DNA from: Lingula anatina
Taxonomy: Eukaryota > Animalia > Brachiopoda
DNA: 64,000 bases
Direction of reading: 5' to 3'
Assembly (NCBI GenBank): GCA_051362555.1
Contig: CM120645.1
Location: 14,818,001-14,882,000, forward strand
Shown: one piece after another, positions 52,336 to 64,000 of the stretch
Position numbering within the stretch: position 1 is the first letter of the stretch
How the letters are laid out: every line of letters starts with the position of its first letter
Program-made: the position numbers and the translations under genes
Notes under the pieces: model-generated
The model's database searches: none
What the model saw: the letters and a program-made list of their open reading frames with translations, nothing else
What the model was told of the DNA's origin: nothing

Positions 52336-53724
52336 TGTCTGATACATGTTTCCATTAATTTTACGCGTGCGAGAAATTTCCCTTTTGCTGAAAGTAAAAA
52401 AAAAAAACTAAATCGTATTTGTTTTTAAGTATAAGGACGGATGAGGAGTAGGGATGCATATTGCGTTAGGAGAGACTAACTTCAGTAACCTTGCCATATC
52501 TTTCAGCTGAATGGGTCCAAATGGAAGTGAAAGAAGAGGTCAGAAAACTCGTCAGGGCTGAGGCCTCGTCTTCGCCTAACCTTGACATGGAGTCCGATGA
52601 CAACATACTTGGGTCATCGTCGTCTGCTGTGGTTACTTCTGACCACACGGAGGACCGATTCTGGGAGCAGTTGGTTGAACTGCGTCTCAAACCACAGGCG
52701 GTTTTCCCAGAGAGGGAGGATCGGTTAGCGGGTATGTTCTGGCAATTATCCCGTGTATATTTTCTGTTGGGCAGGCACTTCTTATTCAATTGATAAGCAC
52801 GTTTAATATTATTGATTTGAACAGATTCTATTATTGCAAAATGCAGTACTTTTTGCGTCCTTTTAAGGTACCTCCAAATAAAAATGAAAATGTAGACACA
52901 CGCTGGGAAAGACCTCATTGAGTGTTCAAGGGTGTTTTTATTCAGGTGAAGTAATACTACTTTATTATAGTACCAATCTATAAGAATATTTTTCCAGGAG
53001 AACTGCATGACATTCGGAAAACTTCCCTTATATGGTTTGCAGTGGCCAACATGTTCTGGCTTGTCTTGTTTCTGACGCTGAGCAACCTTCCAGCAAACGA
53101 TAAGAAGGGATCAGACTTGCATGTGTTCGGAAACAATCCCGTTGGTACGTGGTTTTCGTTTTCGACTCCTATTACATGTAACTACGTCAAAGGATGTTAC
53201 AGTATTAAAATATGTCTTCTTGTAATAAAGGTAAATTTGTGTAAGAAATGCAAGAATAATAGTTTTGAGTTATTTTGCTAAAACCGGTACAATTGCTTTC
53301 ATATTAATTGCACAAAGGTGCAAAGTATGTTTTATGTGTGACATACTGTGAGGAGACGTGTGGCAACGAATGTTTGGAGTTATGGTAACATTGATATTCC
53401 CCTTCACATAGTGTTTCTGTCCTTACAGGGCTGGCATTTCTGTTCCTGTTTTGTCTTTTACTCATCATCCAGTTCTTCAGCATGTTGGTGCATCGCGTAT
53501 GGACATTCATACACTTGGTGGCACGCGCAAAGTTGCCCGGATCCAAGACAAGTCGCCCAGATGCTTCGGTCTGGAACACGCGCATAGCGCGACAGCAGGT
53601 GGTCGATCCTGAGGAGGAGGAGCAATTCTATCAGTCATGGAATGCCACGCTGAAAAGGGTGACCGAATTTTCGCAGTCCATGTCCGACCAGAGAAGTCTC
53701 TTGGGCTATTCTATCCGAAAATAG
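40344..53724 (+). CDS. CHS: Chitin synthase (GT2) with two C-terminal SAM domains and no myosin motor
   Basis: Exons 40344-40877, 41644-42642, 42809-42958, 43169-43355, 43780-43934, 46021-46123, 46359-46564, 46880-47047, 47333-47588, 47831-47946, 48212-48335, 48540-48650, 48961-49044, 49425-49500, 49771-49844, 50366-50472, 50841-50909, 51337-51444, 51702-51837, 52088-52141, 52507-52731, 52998-53144, 53429-53724, all phase-compatible. Motifs HLKD..KKKRWSQ, TDADV, CAPGCFSMYR, DMGEDRWLCTL, QRRRW, LHPTE, SWGTRE, QFFSMLVHR. Confidence 0.94.
50116..50176 (-). pseudogene. tRNA-Arg(ACG)-derived gene lacking the D arm (61 nt)
   Basis: GGGCTCGTGGCGCGTCTGCCTACGGAGCAGAAGATTCCAGGTTCGAGTCCTGGCGAGCTCG. Acceptor, anticodon (TCTGC/GCAGA, loop CTACGGA) and T arms all pair; ~12 nt of the D region are missing; TTCTTTT follows. 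Confidence 0.8.
50528..50609 (-). tRNA. tRNA-Ser (anticodon UGA)
   Basis: GCAGTCGTGGCCGAGTGGTTAAGGCGATGGACTTGAAATCCATTGGGGTATCCCCGCACAGGTTCGAATCCTGTCGGCTGCG: full cloverleaf, long variable arm, A and B boxes, G discriminator, downstream T5 terminator. Confidence 0.95.
50962..51130. repeat. Perfect 39-bp direct repeat pair in a CHS intron
   Basis: CTTGAGGCACGGACATATTCTGAGACATGTTGTATAAAA at 50962-51000 and 51092-51130. Confidence 0.9.
52277..52338. repeat. Compound (CT)n(GT)n microsatellite
   Basis: Direct reading. Confidence 0.9.
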
Positions 53725-54568
53725 ATTTAGTCTTTCTCGAGGAATGCCCTTCGGCATGTGCAATGACCTCAACATAATGGAAATGTGTAATAATACGCGT
53801 ATGATAATACAATCTGACATGCTCAGTTATAAGGTAATTTTGGGAGATGTTTACTGGATCAAGTGCAGAGTATTATGCTACCCACAAAAACAGGATCCGT
53901 TCACAATTTAAATATTTATTATTGATGACGATGGTTTATGGTTATGTGTTAAACAGCCTGTCATTTAATGACCCGTGCAGTGCCAGTGAGGAGGCAGAAG
54001 CAGTATAATGTTCCAACGTATTATTCCATGTAAATCAACCTTTACATTTTATTTTACTTTAGTGCTATATATCAACTGCACCGGTGGCTGATAAAATTGT
54101 AATATTTCGTGCCATCTATGAATATTTACTTTTAAACTGGCTTATAAAAAAAAAATTAAACGGGCCATTACATTCAGTGTGGTTTATTAAATGTAATATC
54201 TCAAAGAGTGTAACAACGATTAATGTATAACATAACAAGCAGCAAAGTTCTGTCAACAAAAAGGAATCATTACATATATATGCTATTGCCGACAGAAATT
54301 TATGGCTTCATCAAGGATTCCTTTGGCTGAACAAATCTCTGTATGAATATTGACCAACATTTGAATACTGGCTTATAGAGCTATTGTTAATATTCATCGT
54401 TATCATTATTATCAATTATTATCAAGAGCTAGCAAAAATGTCCCAATAGGTTTTTACTGGGAACAATCATTTTATCTGATCTCGTGAATCAGTCGACTTT
54501 ATGTACTACAGTTTCTTAGTATGGTGGTTTTGATGTCTATCTTGTCTGCAGGTCGGCATGTGTTGTCT

Positions 54569-57500
54569 CTAAGGTGGGGGTGTCAGATTGGAACAATCTA
54601 ATTCCTCGCAGCACTTGCCAGGTTTAGGGGGTATCAGGGTACATCCAGCGGGTACCACGGACCACTCAGGACACCTGTTTGTGAGAAATAATAACATTTG
54701 TATCAGCGTTGATAAATGAGTTAATACTACCTCCCAATTAACTAGTTGGCCGTGGAGATCGATGTGGACATTTCTTGTGGTACTCTTTCTGTACATCAAA
54801 AAATCGAAGAGATACGACCATTAGCATCATTGCCTATCTGGACAATCAAGCTAATCTGACTACCAAATTGTTAGTCAGAAAATATACACCTTTTTTTCTA
54901 TTTTACATGTGAACCTATATTCCACACAAATTGTAATTATTATCAGTCTGAACGCAAGTCACTCTTCGACTAATTCAGTGAATGAACGACATACTTACAA
55001 AGGTTCACAGTACGTAAAGTTCATGGTTGGCACAATGCATATGCATCGCTTCTCACAGCCAATAGTCCAACCCTCTTTCTCCTTGTAGAATGTATTATTC
55101 ACTTCACATCGGTCTATAATATAATATAATATAATATAATATAATATAATATAATCGGTCTATAATAAAGCATAATATAATACTGTATAATAACGATGAC
55201 TACTAGACAGCGAATCGGTTCTACGTACAGTATATCTGTTAGGTTCATGGATACTTTAAGTAACCATCGCTTTAACCTGATGTAGTTATATTATACATGT
55301 TTTTGCTATAATGGATTACCTGGTGGTTTCTGACATTTGAATTGTCCGTGGGCTAACAACTCACACTGTACCTCACGTCCATTGTAGAGAGGACAGGGGT
55401 TTGGCTGGCAGGGATCTGTGGAAAAAGATAATGTAATGCAAGGAATAAAAATATAAACATAAAATCATAAATAATCTGTTGCACAGACACCGACATATTG
55501 GTAAATAATAAAATGTGTGATGTTGTAAATAAAAAGTGTAAGTTAGCTAATGAAAAAAAAATTTGCATTTGCGATTTGCAGACCCTAATTCGAAACGGTA
55601 AAAAGCATATCCTAAACTCACAAAACATGTCTTTACATGTAGGCTAATATTTGCTTGCCTTAACATGTCAGAAGCAATAAAATACAACAAAAGCAGTAAC
55701 TGTTGAACATACTTGTCACTGTTGTCGCAGCATTACTAGTGCTTGTAGTAGGTGTAGTTGATTCTGTTGTAGAACTAGTAGTCGTCGTTTCTGCCGTGGC
55801 TTTAGTTTTGGGGTTTGTCGTAACTGTCGTAGCACTAGTTGTGGGGGTGGTCATAGCTGTCGTACCACTAGTTGTGGGTGTGCTTATTACTGCTCTAGTA
55901 CTAAATGTGGGTGTGGTCGTTACTTTTTTAGCACTAGTTGTGGGTTTGGTCGTTACTGCCTTAAAACTAATAATGGGTGTGGTCGTTTCTGACATAGTGC
56001 TAGTTGTCAGAGTATTCGATTTTAAAGTACTGTTAGTAGTTGGTGTACCCGTTTCTGCTGTGGTGCTGGTTGTGGTTGTAGTTGTTTCTGCTGGAGTGCT
56101 GGTGGTTAGTGTATTCCTTTCTGTTGCTGTGCTAGTTATAGGTCTATTCGTTTCTGATGTCGTGCTGGTTCCGGGCGTAGTCGTTTTTGGCCATGAACTG
56201 ATTGTAGTAGTTGTTGTCTCTGTTGTAGCACTAGTCGAAGGTGTTATCGTTTTTGTTGTACTCTGTGTGGATGTAACAGTCATTGTTTGCAAGGAGCAGG
56301 GATTAGCAATGTTTCTCCTCAAATTCCCAAGGCTATCGGGGTCATCAATATGTGAAACGTGGGTTTTGTATGGGACGCTTGCCATGGCTTGCAGGGAGCT
56401 GTAGTCGGTTTTGGTGTGCATACCAACGGCGTATATTTCAATCCCTTGTTTTCGAGCCACCTTTGCCTCGATTGTCGTCTGCTTCTTTTCATCTGGGTAT
56501 CCATCTGAGAATACTATAGCAATTTTTGGCACTCCCCTTCTCGCACCCATAGGTTTAGCCGGGTTAAGGTAGTCTAGGTGTGTAAGTCTTAACACTGTGT
56601 GGGTATGAGTGGCACCACCCACGTACTTAGCTGTTTGGATCTTGGTCAAGGTTTCGCTCTTGGTCGTAGTGTCCTTTAAGGTTGCTGCGATGTTGTAGCC
56701 ATTCCCAAATGTAATCAGACAAATACGAACGCCGTGCGTACCAACCGCAAAGGTACTATTTACAAGGGCGTGAATAAACTGCAGCGCTTCTCGAAATCTA
56801 GTTTTGCCAACACTTCCGGAGGAATCAACCAGAATTGCAATGTCAGCCTTTGACTGGCAACTCGGAAAATGCGTCACGTATGGGTTTGACGTACTTAAAG
56901 TTGATGGAACAGTTGAATGTGTTGTTGGCACAACTGAAAAAAATAAGAAAAAACATAAAATATAAATTAGTGAAAAGTGCATTATAAAACGTAATGTGGC
57001 TTGATGGTCGGTTTTGTACACCTAATCAAAATTGCTGATCTTCTACTTCAACATGTCTCTTCAATTTAACCAAACCAATGGAAGACGACCGTAATGTTTA
57101 TATACTGGTGCGAGACTGGCAGTACTCAGATCTATGGCAGGGCCATAACACCATCTAGCTGTAGTTCATATCAGTACTAGTTCAGGCTGCTTACCTCGTT
57201 TTGCTTTACAGATATATGGCATTTTTTCAAGGCATCTGTTGTCTGTGAAACGCCCGTAGACCGCATTCAGCTCGCCACAGTGTTTGTTGCTGCCGTAGAT
57301 GTTTGGGTGACCATAATTCCATTCCCTACGACAAGACAAAAATACCAAATGTGAAGTTTATTAAATATCATGCCTGAATTTCCCTTTGAACGGTTGTCGG
57401 ATCAACGATGGAGCACATGTACGAGTACATGTATGAGGCATTTGCCTGTCTGGGTTATGTGCATTTAACTGTCCGCACCATTTGACCCTGCAGTTGTCAG

Positions 57501-60500
57501 ACACACGAGGTTCACGACGCTTGGTTTAAGATGAAAATATCTGTCTTTTAGTTCTTAAAATTTCAGAGCAGAGCTTTTTTTGCATTGGAACAACGGTAAA
57601 AGAGCTTGTTTAAAGTCTATTTGCTCAATATCTGTTTATGAATTACTCAGCAATGAATCATCTAAAAAATACACATTTTGCATAAACATTATAGAACTGA
57701 GCACACATGAACTTAACTGCCACTTACACGAGAGAAGTGTTGTTGATACCATCTGACCAAGTGTACTTCTCGCTGTAGATTCTGTGCAATCCCGTCCACC
57801 ATCGATACGTTTCTGAGTCATGGAGATGGAACGTTTTGACTGCTGTCAACAACCATTCCTTTGACATAAATAATCATTGTGAATAATACCCAATATAAAA
57901 CGACTGTTTAAAATAACTCTTTTTAAACATTTGAATACAACGATTCCCTGGATGATTATCTTCTTTATTATTCTATGAACAAATAACTGCCAGCAGTGAC
58001 GTCAAAATAAATTAATAGGTAAATAAGCTACAATATTGCCAACTACAATACACTTCTGACCATTAGCAACGAACTAATCTATATACCAATGTTCACCTTT
58101 GCGCCCACTTTTAGTAATCATCTTTTAAACGAGCGTACAACCACAGTTATATTAGGTTAACTTATCGCTAGTCATTTTGAACGTCGGGTGATGGTTTGGC
58201 ATCGAGTATATCAGATTGCGTGAATTATGAATCACATTTCTTTATACATGTAAGCACTTTTCAAATTTTAGAAAATCTGCCGAAGGTAAGATGAAAACCA
58301 TTTTACCTTTTCTCTTTTGGACAAAATTGAAACTAGATCACCTCCACTGGCCAGGCAGTCAATTCTTGCATCAAACCATGTCTTGCCTACTTTTCTGTCA
58401 CTAAACTGGTAACAGTTATCATTCACCGAGCTTTCAAAGTATCCATGAGGACAAAGGGTTGGGGTGTCTATTTGAAAAAGAAACAAAGCAATATTCGAAA
58501 CTAGGATAAATTTGATATAATTAGATATAACTTCATTATGAGAATCGTTTTAAATGGATACATATAAATGGAAGCTAAAATGAAGTCCTGAAGAATACAT
58601 ATCTAATTTGATGCACTAATTGTACCTAACAACTAAATGCAATTGTAAAGATTATATTTTGCATAAGAGAGAGAAACAAGGAGAAAGAACATCTAGCACT
58701 CCTTACTGATTGGCGATTATTGTTCCGTACCTTTCACTGTGATTTTCTTTGACTTGCAAATGTAAGGTCGGCTTCTTGTACAATCAAGGTCGTTCAAATT
58801 ATAATCTCGGAAAATCTCTGCGCAATTTTGTGACCCATACTTATTATTAGGCTGTCCTGGGGACCATATTCTGCTTTAAGTGTGAAATGGAAGTTTTTTA
58901 TCATTTAGTTGAACTGTTATGAAGATAAACATAAAATGGTAAACCGCGTAAATTGTTATGTTGCTCCTTAGACCACTGTATATTAACAGCATGAACTAGA
59001 AAATCAGTCGTCTTAACTATTTGACTTATCCAGATCTCTCTAAACCGTTTAAGAAATATAAGTATAGGTTAGCACAATGCCATTGTACAGAATGCAACAC
59101 TTGAACGTTCCCATGGTAGTTAAATATCAAAGCAACATTATTTTTTATCCTTATGATATTAACTAACAAGACAATAATTTGCATTTCCCTTCGGAACTCT
59201 GAATGAAAAGGACACATTTCACTAACTGCACGAAAATAACTTACGAGAGAGACGTATCGGTATTCCCGTCAGCCCATTTAAAATTGTTGCCATTCAGCCT
59301 GTTATAACCAGTCCACCATCTATCATTGTCTAAATCGTGCATCTGGTATGTCTTTAAGACCAAGTCCAGCCAGTCCTGAGGGTAAAACGTAAGATGTACA
59401 TGTCATTAGTTTCTTAACATTAACTCTTCATTGAAATGTTTCAGCAGCTGCATTAGTACATACATGTACCCTGTGTGTCCCAGCACAAGCCACACTCACA
59501 TACTGACGACATGAAACTCCAGTTAATTAAGGGTACGAGCTAACATATTGACAAAGATATCAAAATGCTTCTGGACAAAATCGGTGTCTATTTTTTCTCT
59601 AATGACTCCTTGCAAAATACGTGTGTGTCGAAATAATCTGTTTAATCTTAGAATGAAAATGGGTTCTTCACCTTTTCAAGTTTAGACGAAAAGGAAACCA
59701 GGTCACCGCCATTGGCCACACAATCAAACCTTGCATCAGCCCATGGTTTGCTTGCTTTTATGTCATTGAATCGGTAACAGTGATTGTTTTGTTGGTTCTC
59801 AGTGTACCCCAAGGGGCACTGGCTGTGGATGGCTTTAATTCAAAGAAATAAGAAAGAGATGCCTATAAGATCATAAAAACGGTAATATAGAAGATAAGAT
59901 TCACTATTTATTTTCACCACATGTCTTTGACATTTTGTTGCAAAATGGTTCAATAAGTTAATTCTGGGATTATGATGTAATTTGCTTTCAGCATGCAGGG
60001 AGCGCTGTAAACATAATCTTAATATTCAATTTTGCTCGACTTTTTTGTAAAAACAACGTATTAAAACTGAGTCAGGTTCACTGTTCTCTGTTTTAGCCTG
60101 GGGACATTGATGATAGGTAAATGTTTATTAATAAAACAATAAAAACCGAGCGATATTAATATAATATAAAATAACATAAGAAGATGGGGAAGCAATTGCT
60201 ACACCAGGTTGCCGACTGATTGGCGGCTTTTCAGTATATTGCGCTTGCTCCTTACAATTGCGATGGCCAACATTATATTTAACATAAGAGAGAATGAAAG
60301 AAAAAGAGGGAGGCGAGTTAAAGGATAATCAAGCACGCCTGACTTATTAGCGACTTTTGTTCATTACCTTTCACTGTAATTTTCCTTGCTTTGCAAATGT
60401 AAGGCCGGCTACTTCGACAATCGAGGTCGTTCAGATTATAATCTGGGTAAATCTCGACGCAGTTTTGTGTCCCGGCCAAATTATTGGGTTGCCCTTGGGA

Positions 60501-63500
60501 CCATACTCTGTTTTAAATATGAAATAAAAATGAAGCTTTATATATAATTTGGTTGTTATGTACATAAACATACAAAGTTTGAAACACAATTTTTTTTTGT
60601 ATATACGTCATCAATCCATTATCAGTCTCCTCTTTTTACGTCTCTGTTAATGACTTACATGGTAAGACCAGTATCTTGCACATCTCCCCATATCTTAAAT
60701 TTTCAGAGGAAATACATATACAATGAATGGGGCAAATTCATTAGCAAAATGTGCAGATTGCACGAAAAGTTCGTTCTTGTCTCTGAATACTTACGCAACG
60801 GATGTATCATTATTGCCGTCAGACCATAGGAATCTATTTCCATTCAACTTGTTATAGCCAGTCCACCATTTATCATTCTTTGGATTGTAGTTCCGATATA
60901 TTTTTAACACGGAGATCAACCATTCCTAAAGTTCAGAATTATGATATAAATATTAGTTCAAGGTGCAATGTATCTTTTCCTATCATCAATGTCATTGTTT
61001 TTGAATTATTTAAATTGAAAAAAAATAGTACTGATCTCAGACAAATATGATTAGAAGAAATCGATGACCAATTTTGCCTTAAATTTATCATTTGCAACAT
61101 TTTACAGATATTTGCTTTATGGCTGCAATTGGTGCAGTGATACGCTTGTTAACAGTCATAAAGCCTGGAATTTTAAACTTAAAGGGTACACCTTAAAGCA
61201 ATAATAACTCTTCGTTTCGGCCAAAAAATGAATTTTCCTGGAGTAAACAACAATTTTCCCATACTTTCCAATGGTTAATGAATCCATTTTTACATTCAAA
61301 GTTGGTCCCTGTTTTTTTTCTAAAAAGTTTGGTTTTTTGTTAAAATCTCTTAAGAGATTTTAACAGAGTATAGCCATCAATGGAGGTCACGTGGTCTAAA
61401 GACAAGCTCAGATATCAGGATAATAGCTATAACTGCTGTTTTTGTGGTAAAACAGAATATATTATATTTCTATGAGTTATTCACAAGATTTTTGTTGTGA
61501 AATATAGATCTCATACGAAGAGTTATTATCCCTTTTATGAAGGTTTCTATGATAAATATTATCCGTTTTTTATAAACCTTTTTAAATTAGTGTTTTATAC
61601 ATTCTTTCAAGTCTCAATCCCCTTCATTAGAATCACCAAAAAGATTTCAAAAACCCTTCACATGCAACCTTTCCATATTCGGATAATATCTCGACAAGTC
61701 TCATTCCATCAATTGCTCTGGATGCCCATACATCTGTTTTATGTATGGGGAGGGCAAATCATTTCGTTACCTTTTCAAGTTTAGACGAAAATGAAACCAG
61801 GTCACCGCCATTAATCACACAATCGAACCTTGCATTAGCCCATGGTTTGCTTGCTTTTATGTCGTTGAATTGGTAACAGTAATTGTTGAATCGGTTCTCA
61901 ATGTACCCCGAGGGACACTGGTTGTGGATGGCTTTAAATGAATGAAATAAGACAGATATATCTACAAGTTCATAAGACCGGTCACACAAAAGATAAGATT
62001 CACTGCTTAAGTTTCACTATACTCATCTAACTACTGGCTACACGTGGTATATTGTTGCAAAAAAGGTTATATAGATAAAATCTAGAATTATGATCCAATG
62101 TTTTTTCAGCGTGCACAAAGCACTGTAAACATCATCTTAACCACCGATATTGTCTTTGCTTTTTGTGAAAACACCATGATAAAATGAATCAGATTCACTA
62201 AGCCTGTTGTAATCTAGGGGGACTGAAGATGGCAACTGTTTGTAACAATAGAAAACCGATCGATATTGACAAAATATAAAATTACATCAGAGGGATGGAA
62301 GACAACTGCTACGCCTGGCAGCCGCCTGATTGGAGGCTATTTCAATACCTTGCGCTGCTGTTCTCTTTGCCTTACATATGTATGGCCGACTACTTAAACA
62401 GTGAAGATCGTTCAGATGATAATCTGGAAAAATCTCTACGCAGTTTTGTGGCCCAGACAAATTGTTAGGCTGTCCTGGGGACCATATTCTGTTTCAAATA
62501 TGAAATAAAAAATGAAACTCGTTACAGTATTGTGATGACTTATCATCAACATATGCATAAGAAGTTAGAGTGAAGCTGTGGCGTATTCATTTCGAATAGT
62601 CAAAATACAAAGCTGGAAAAACAGTATTTCACTTTATTTTATGTTATATAGTCATCAATTCATTATCAGTATCAATTTATTTTACGTTTTTTATTAATAA
62701 TTTACACTGTAAGACCAGTATGTTGCACATCTAGCGCATGTCTTAAAACATCAGAGGAAATACATGTACAATGAATTATAATAATTAGGCAAATTCATTG
62801 GCAAAAAGTGCAAATTGCATGAATTGTTAATACTGTCTCTGAATACTTACGCAAGGGATGTATCAGTATTGCCGTTAGACCATAGGAATTTGTTGCCATT
62901 CAGCTTGTTATAGCCAGTCCACCATTTACTATTGTTTGGATCGTGATTCCGATATGTTCTCAACACTGAGTTCAACCATTCCTGACGATTAAAATATAAT
63001 AGGATAATAGTTCAAATAAGGTGCGATATATAGATCTTTACAATCATGAATAATATCATTTTTATCATTGGTGCTGTATACATTGAATTACTTCAGATTG
63101 AACAAATTAATATGCTTCGAAAAAATCATTTCCTTTCAAATAATAATATTTTACAGACACTTGCTTGAATGACTGCAATTACTGAAGGCTACAGCTTTAG
63201 CAGATATTTAGCCTGAATCTAAAATGTCAAGGGGTTTATCTTATTTAAGGTTTTCTTTATAGTATCAGTTGCGTTGTTAGACACTATGCATTTCATGAAC
63301 TCTTGCCAGTCAAAAATTGAATCCTTAAAAAAACATTTAAATCCAAAAACTCTCCACGTGTGACTTTTTTTTTCTTTTCGTCGATTCTTCATCGATATCT
63401 AGTTTGACATATACTCATTCATCTGTCTAATGTAAGAAGGACTTGGTTGCTTTACCTTTTCAAGTTTAGACGAAAATGAAACCAGGTCACCTCCATTAAC

Positions 63501-63616
63501 CACGCAGTCGGTCCTTGCCTCAGCCCAAGGTTTGCTTGCTTTTATGTCATTGAATTGGTAACAGTCATTGTTCACTGGGCATTCGATGTAACCTGGTGGG
63601 CACTGGCTTTGGATGG
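54569..63616 (-). CDS. Extracellular mosaic protein: at least 4 C-type lectin domains, VWA, Thr-rich mucin stalk, EGF-like, VWC-like; 5' end lies beyond the window
   Basis: Each CTL has three exons (161/131/140 nt): 63616-63456, 62981-62851, 62488-62349; 61931-61771, 60925-60795, 60507-60368; 59832-59672, 59375-59245, 58870-58731; 58467-58307, 57858-57728, 57325-57195. Then VWA plus mucin 56933-55713 (ADIAILVDSSGS, FSDG), 55415-55320 (PCQPNPC), 55113-54999 and 54674-54569 (CEKRCIC..CP..GC..GKCC). Confidence 0.88.
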
Positions 63617-64000
63617 CTAGTCAAAACAATGTCTTGATGTCAAAATAACAGTCATGTTGTGAATAAGATGCACTGAAATAGCTCTGGTATTTTAAAAATA
63701 ATTTTATCATTTTGATTTTAGAATTAGTTCAAAGTTAATGATATATTCAATGAATTGCCTTTTTTTGGAGAAAAGAAAGTTTTTTTAAAAAAAGTAAGAC
63801 GCTGAAATCGCTTTCACTTAATTGCAGCTGTCCTGAGCTGGGTGCAATTAGTGGGGAGGCAGGTTTGTAACAAAATGGAGGGATTTAAAAGTATCCTCAT
63901 TTATAACATAAAGGCAAATGTTGAAAAAATCGGACCAATTTTACAAGAAAAAAGATGATGAAACTGACCAGAAAGCAGTAGAAGTTTTACATGCCTTACC

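Noticed and set aside
55703-56404. 233-aa Val-rich plus-strand ORF that looks like a membrane protein
   Set aside because: Antisense shadow of the Thr-rich (ACN codon) mucin exon on the minus strand

Overview
AT-rich, intron-containing animal genomic DNA; a marine invertebrate, probably a lophotrochozoan (inference). It holds five spliced protein genes: (1) a PTP-PEST/PTPN12-family tyrosine phosphatase (-, runs off the left edge); (2) a Reeler-domain protein, probably GPI-anchored (+); (3) a soluble TIR/coiled-coil/TPR gene with kappaB sites and two -1 frameshifts (+); (4) a 22-coding-exon chitin synthase with tandem SAM domains (+), hosting a tRNA-Ser(UGA) and a D-arm-deleted tRNA-Arg(ACG) in its introns; (5) a convergent multi-C-type-lectin/VWA/mucin/EGF/VWC gene (-, runs off the right edge). 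A young full-length Bel/Pao LTR retrotransposon (30679-39925, TSD GTCAT) lies just upstream of the chitin synthase, and its 5' LTR is interrupted by a 5'-truncated L1/Tx1-type LINE. The main finding is that this Bel/Pao element has no tRNA-type primer-binding site. The 17 nt after its 5' LTR are instead complementary to the exon-exon junction formed by removing a 129-nt GT-AG intron inside the LTR. This suggests reverse transcription primed by the element's own spliced RNA. All exon calls were read by eye and have no transcript support.
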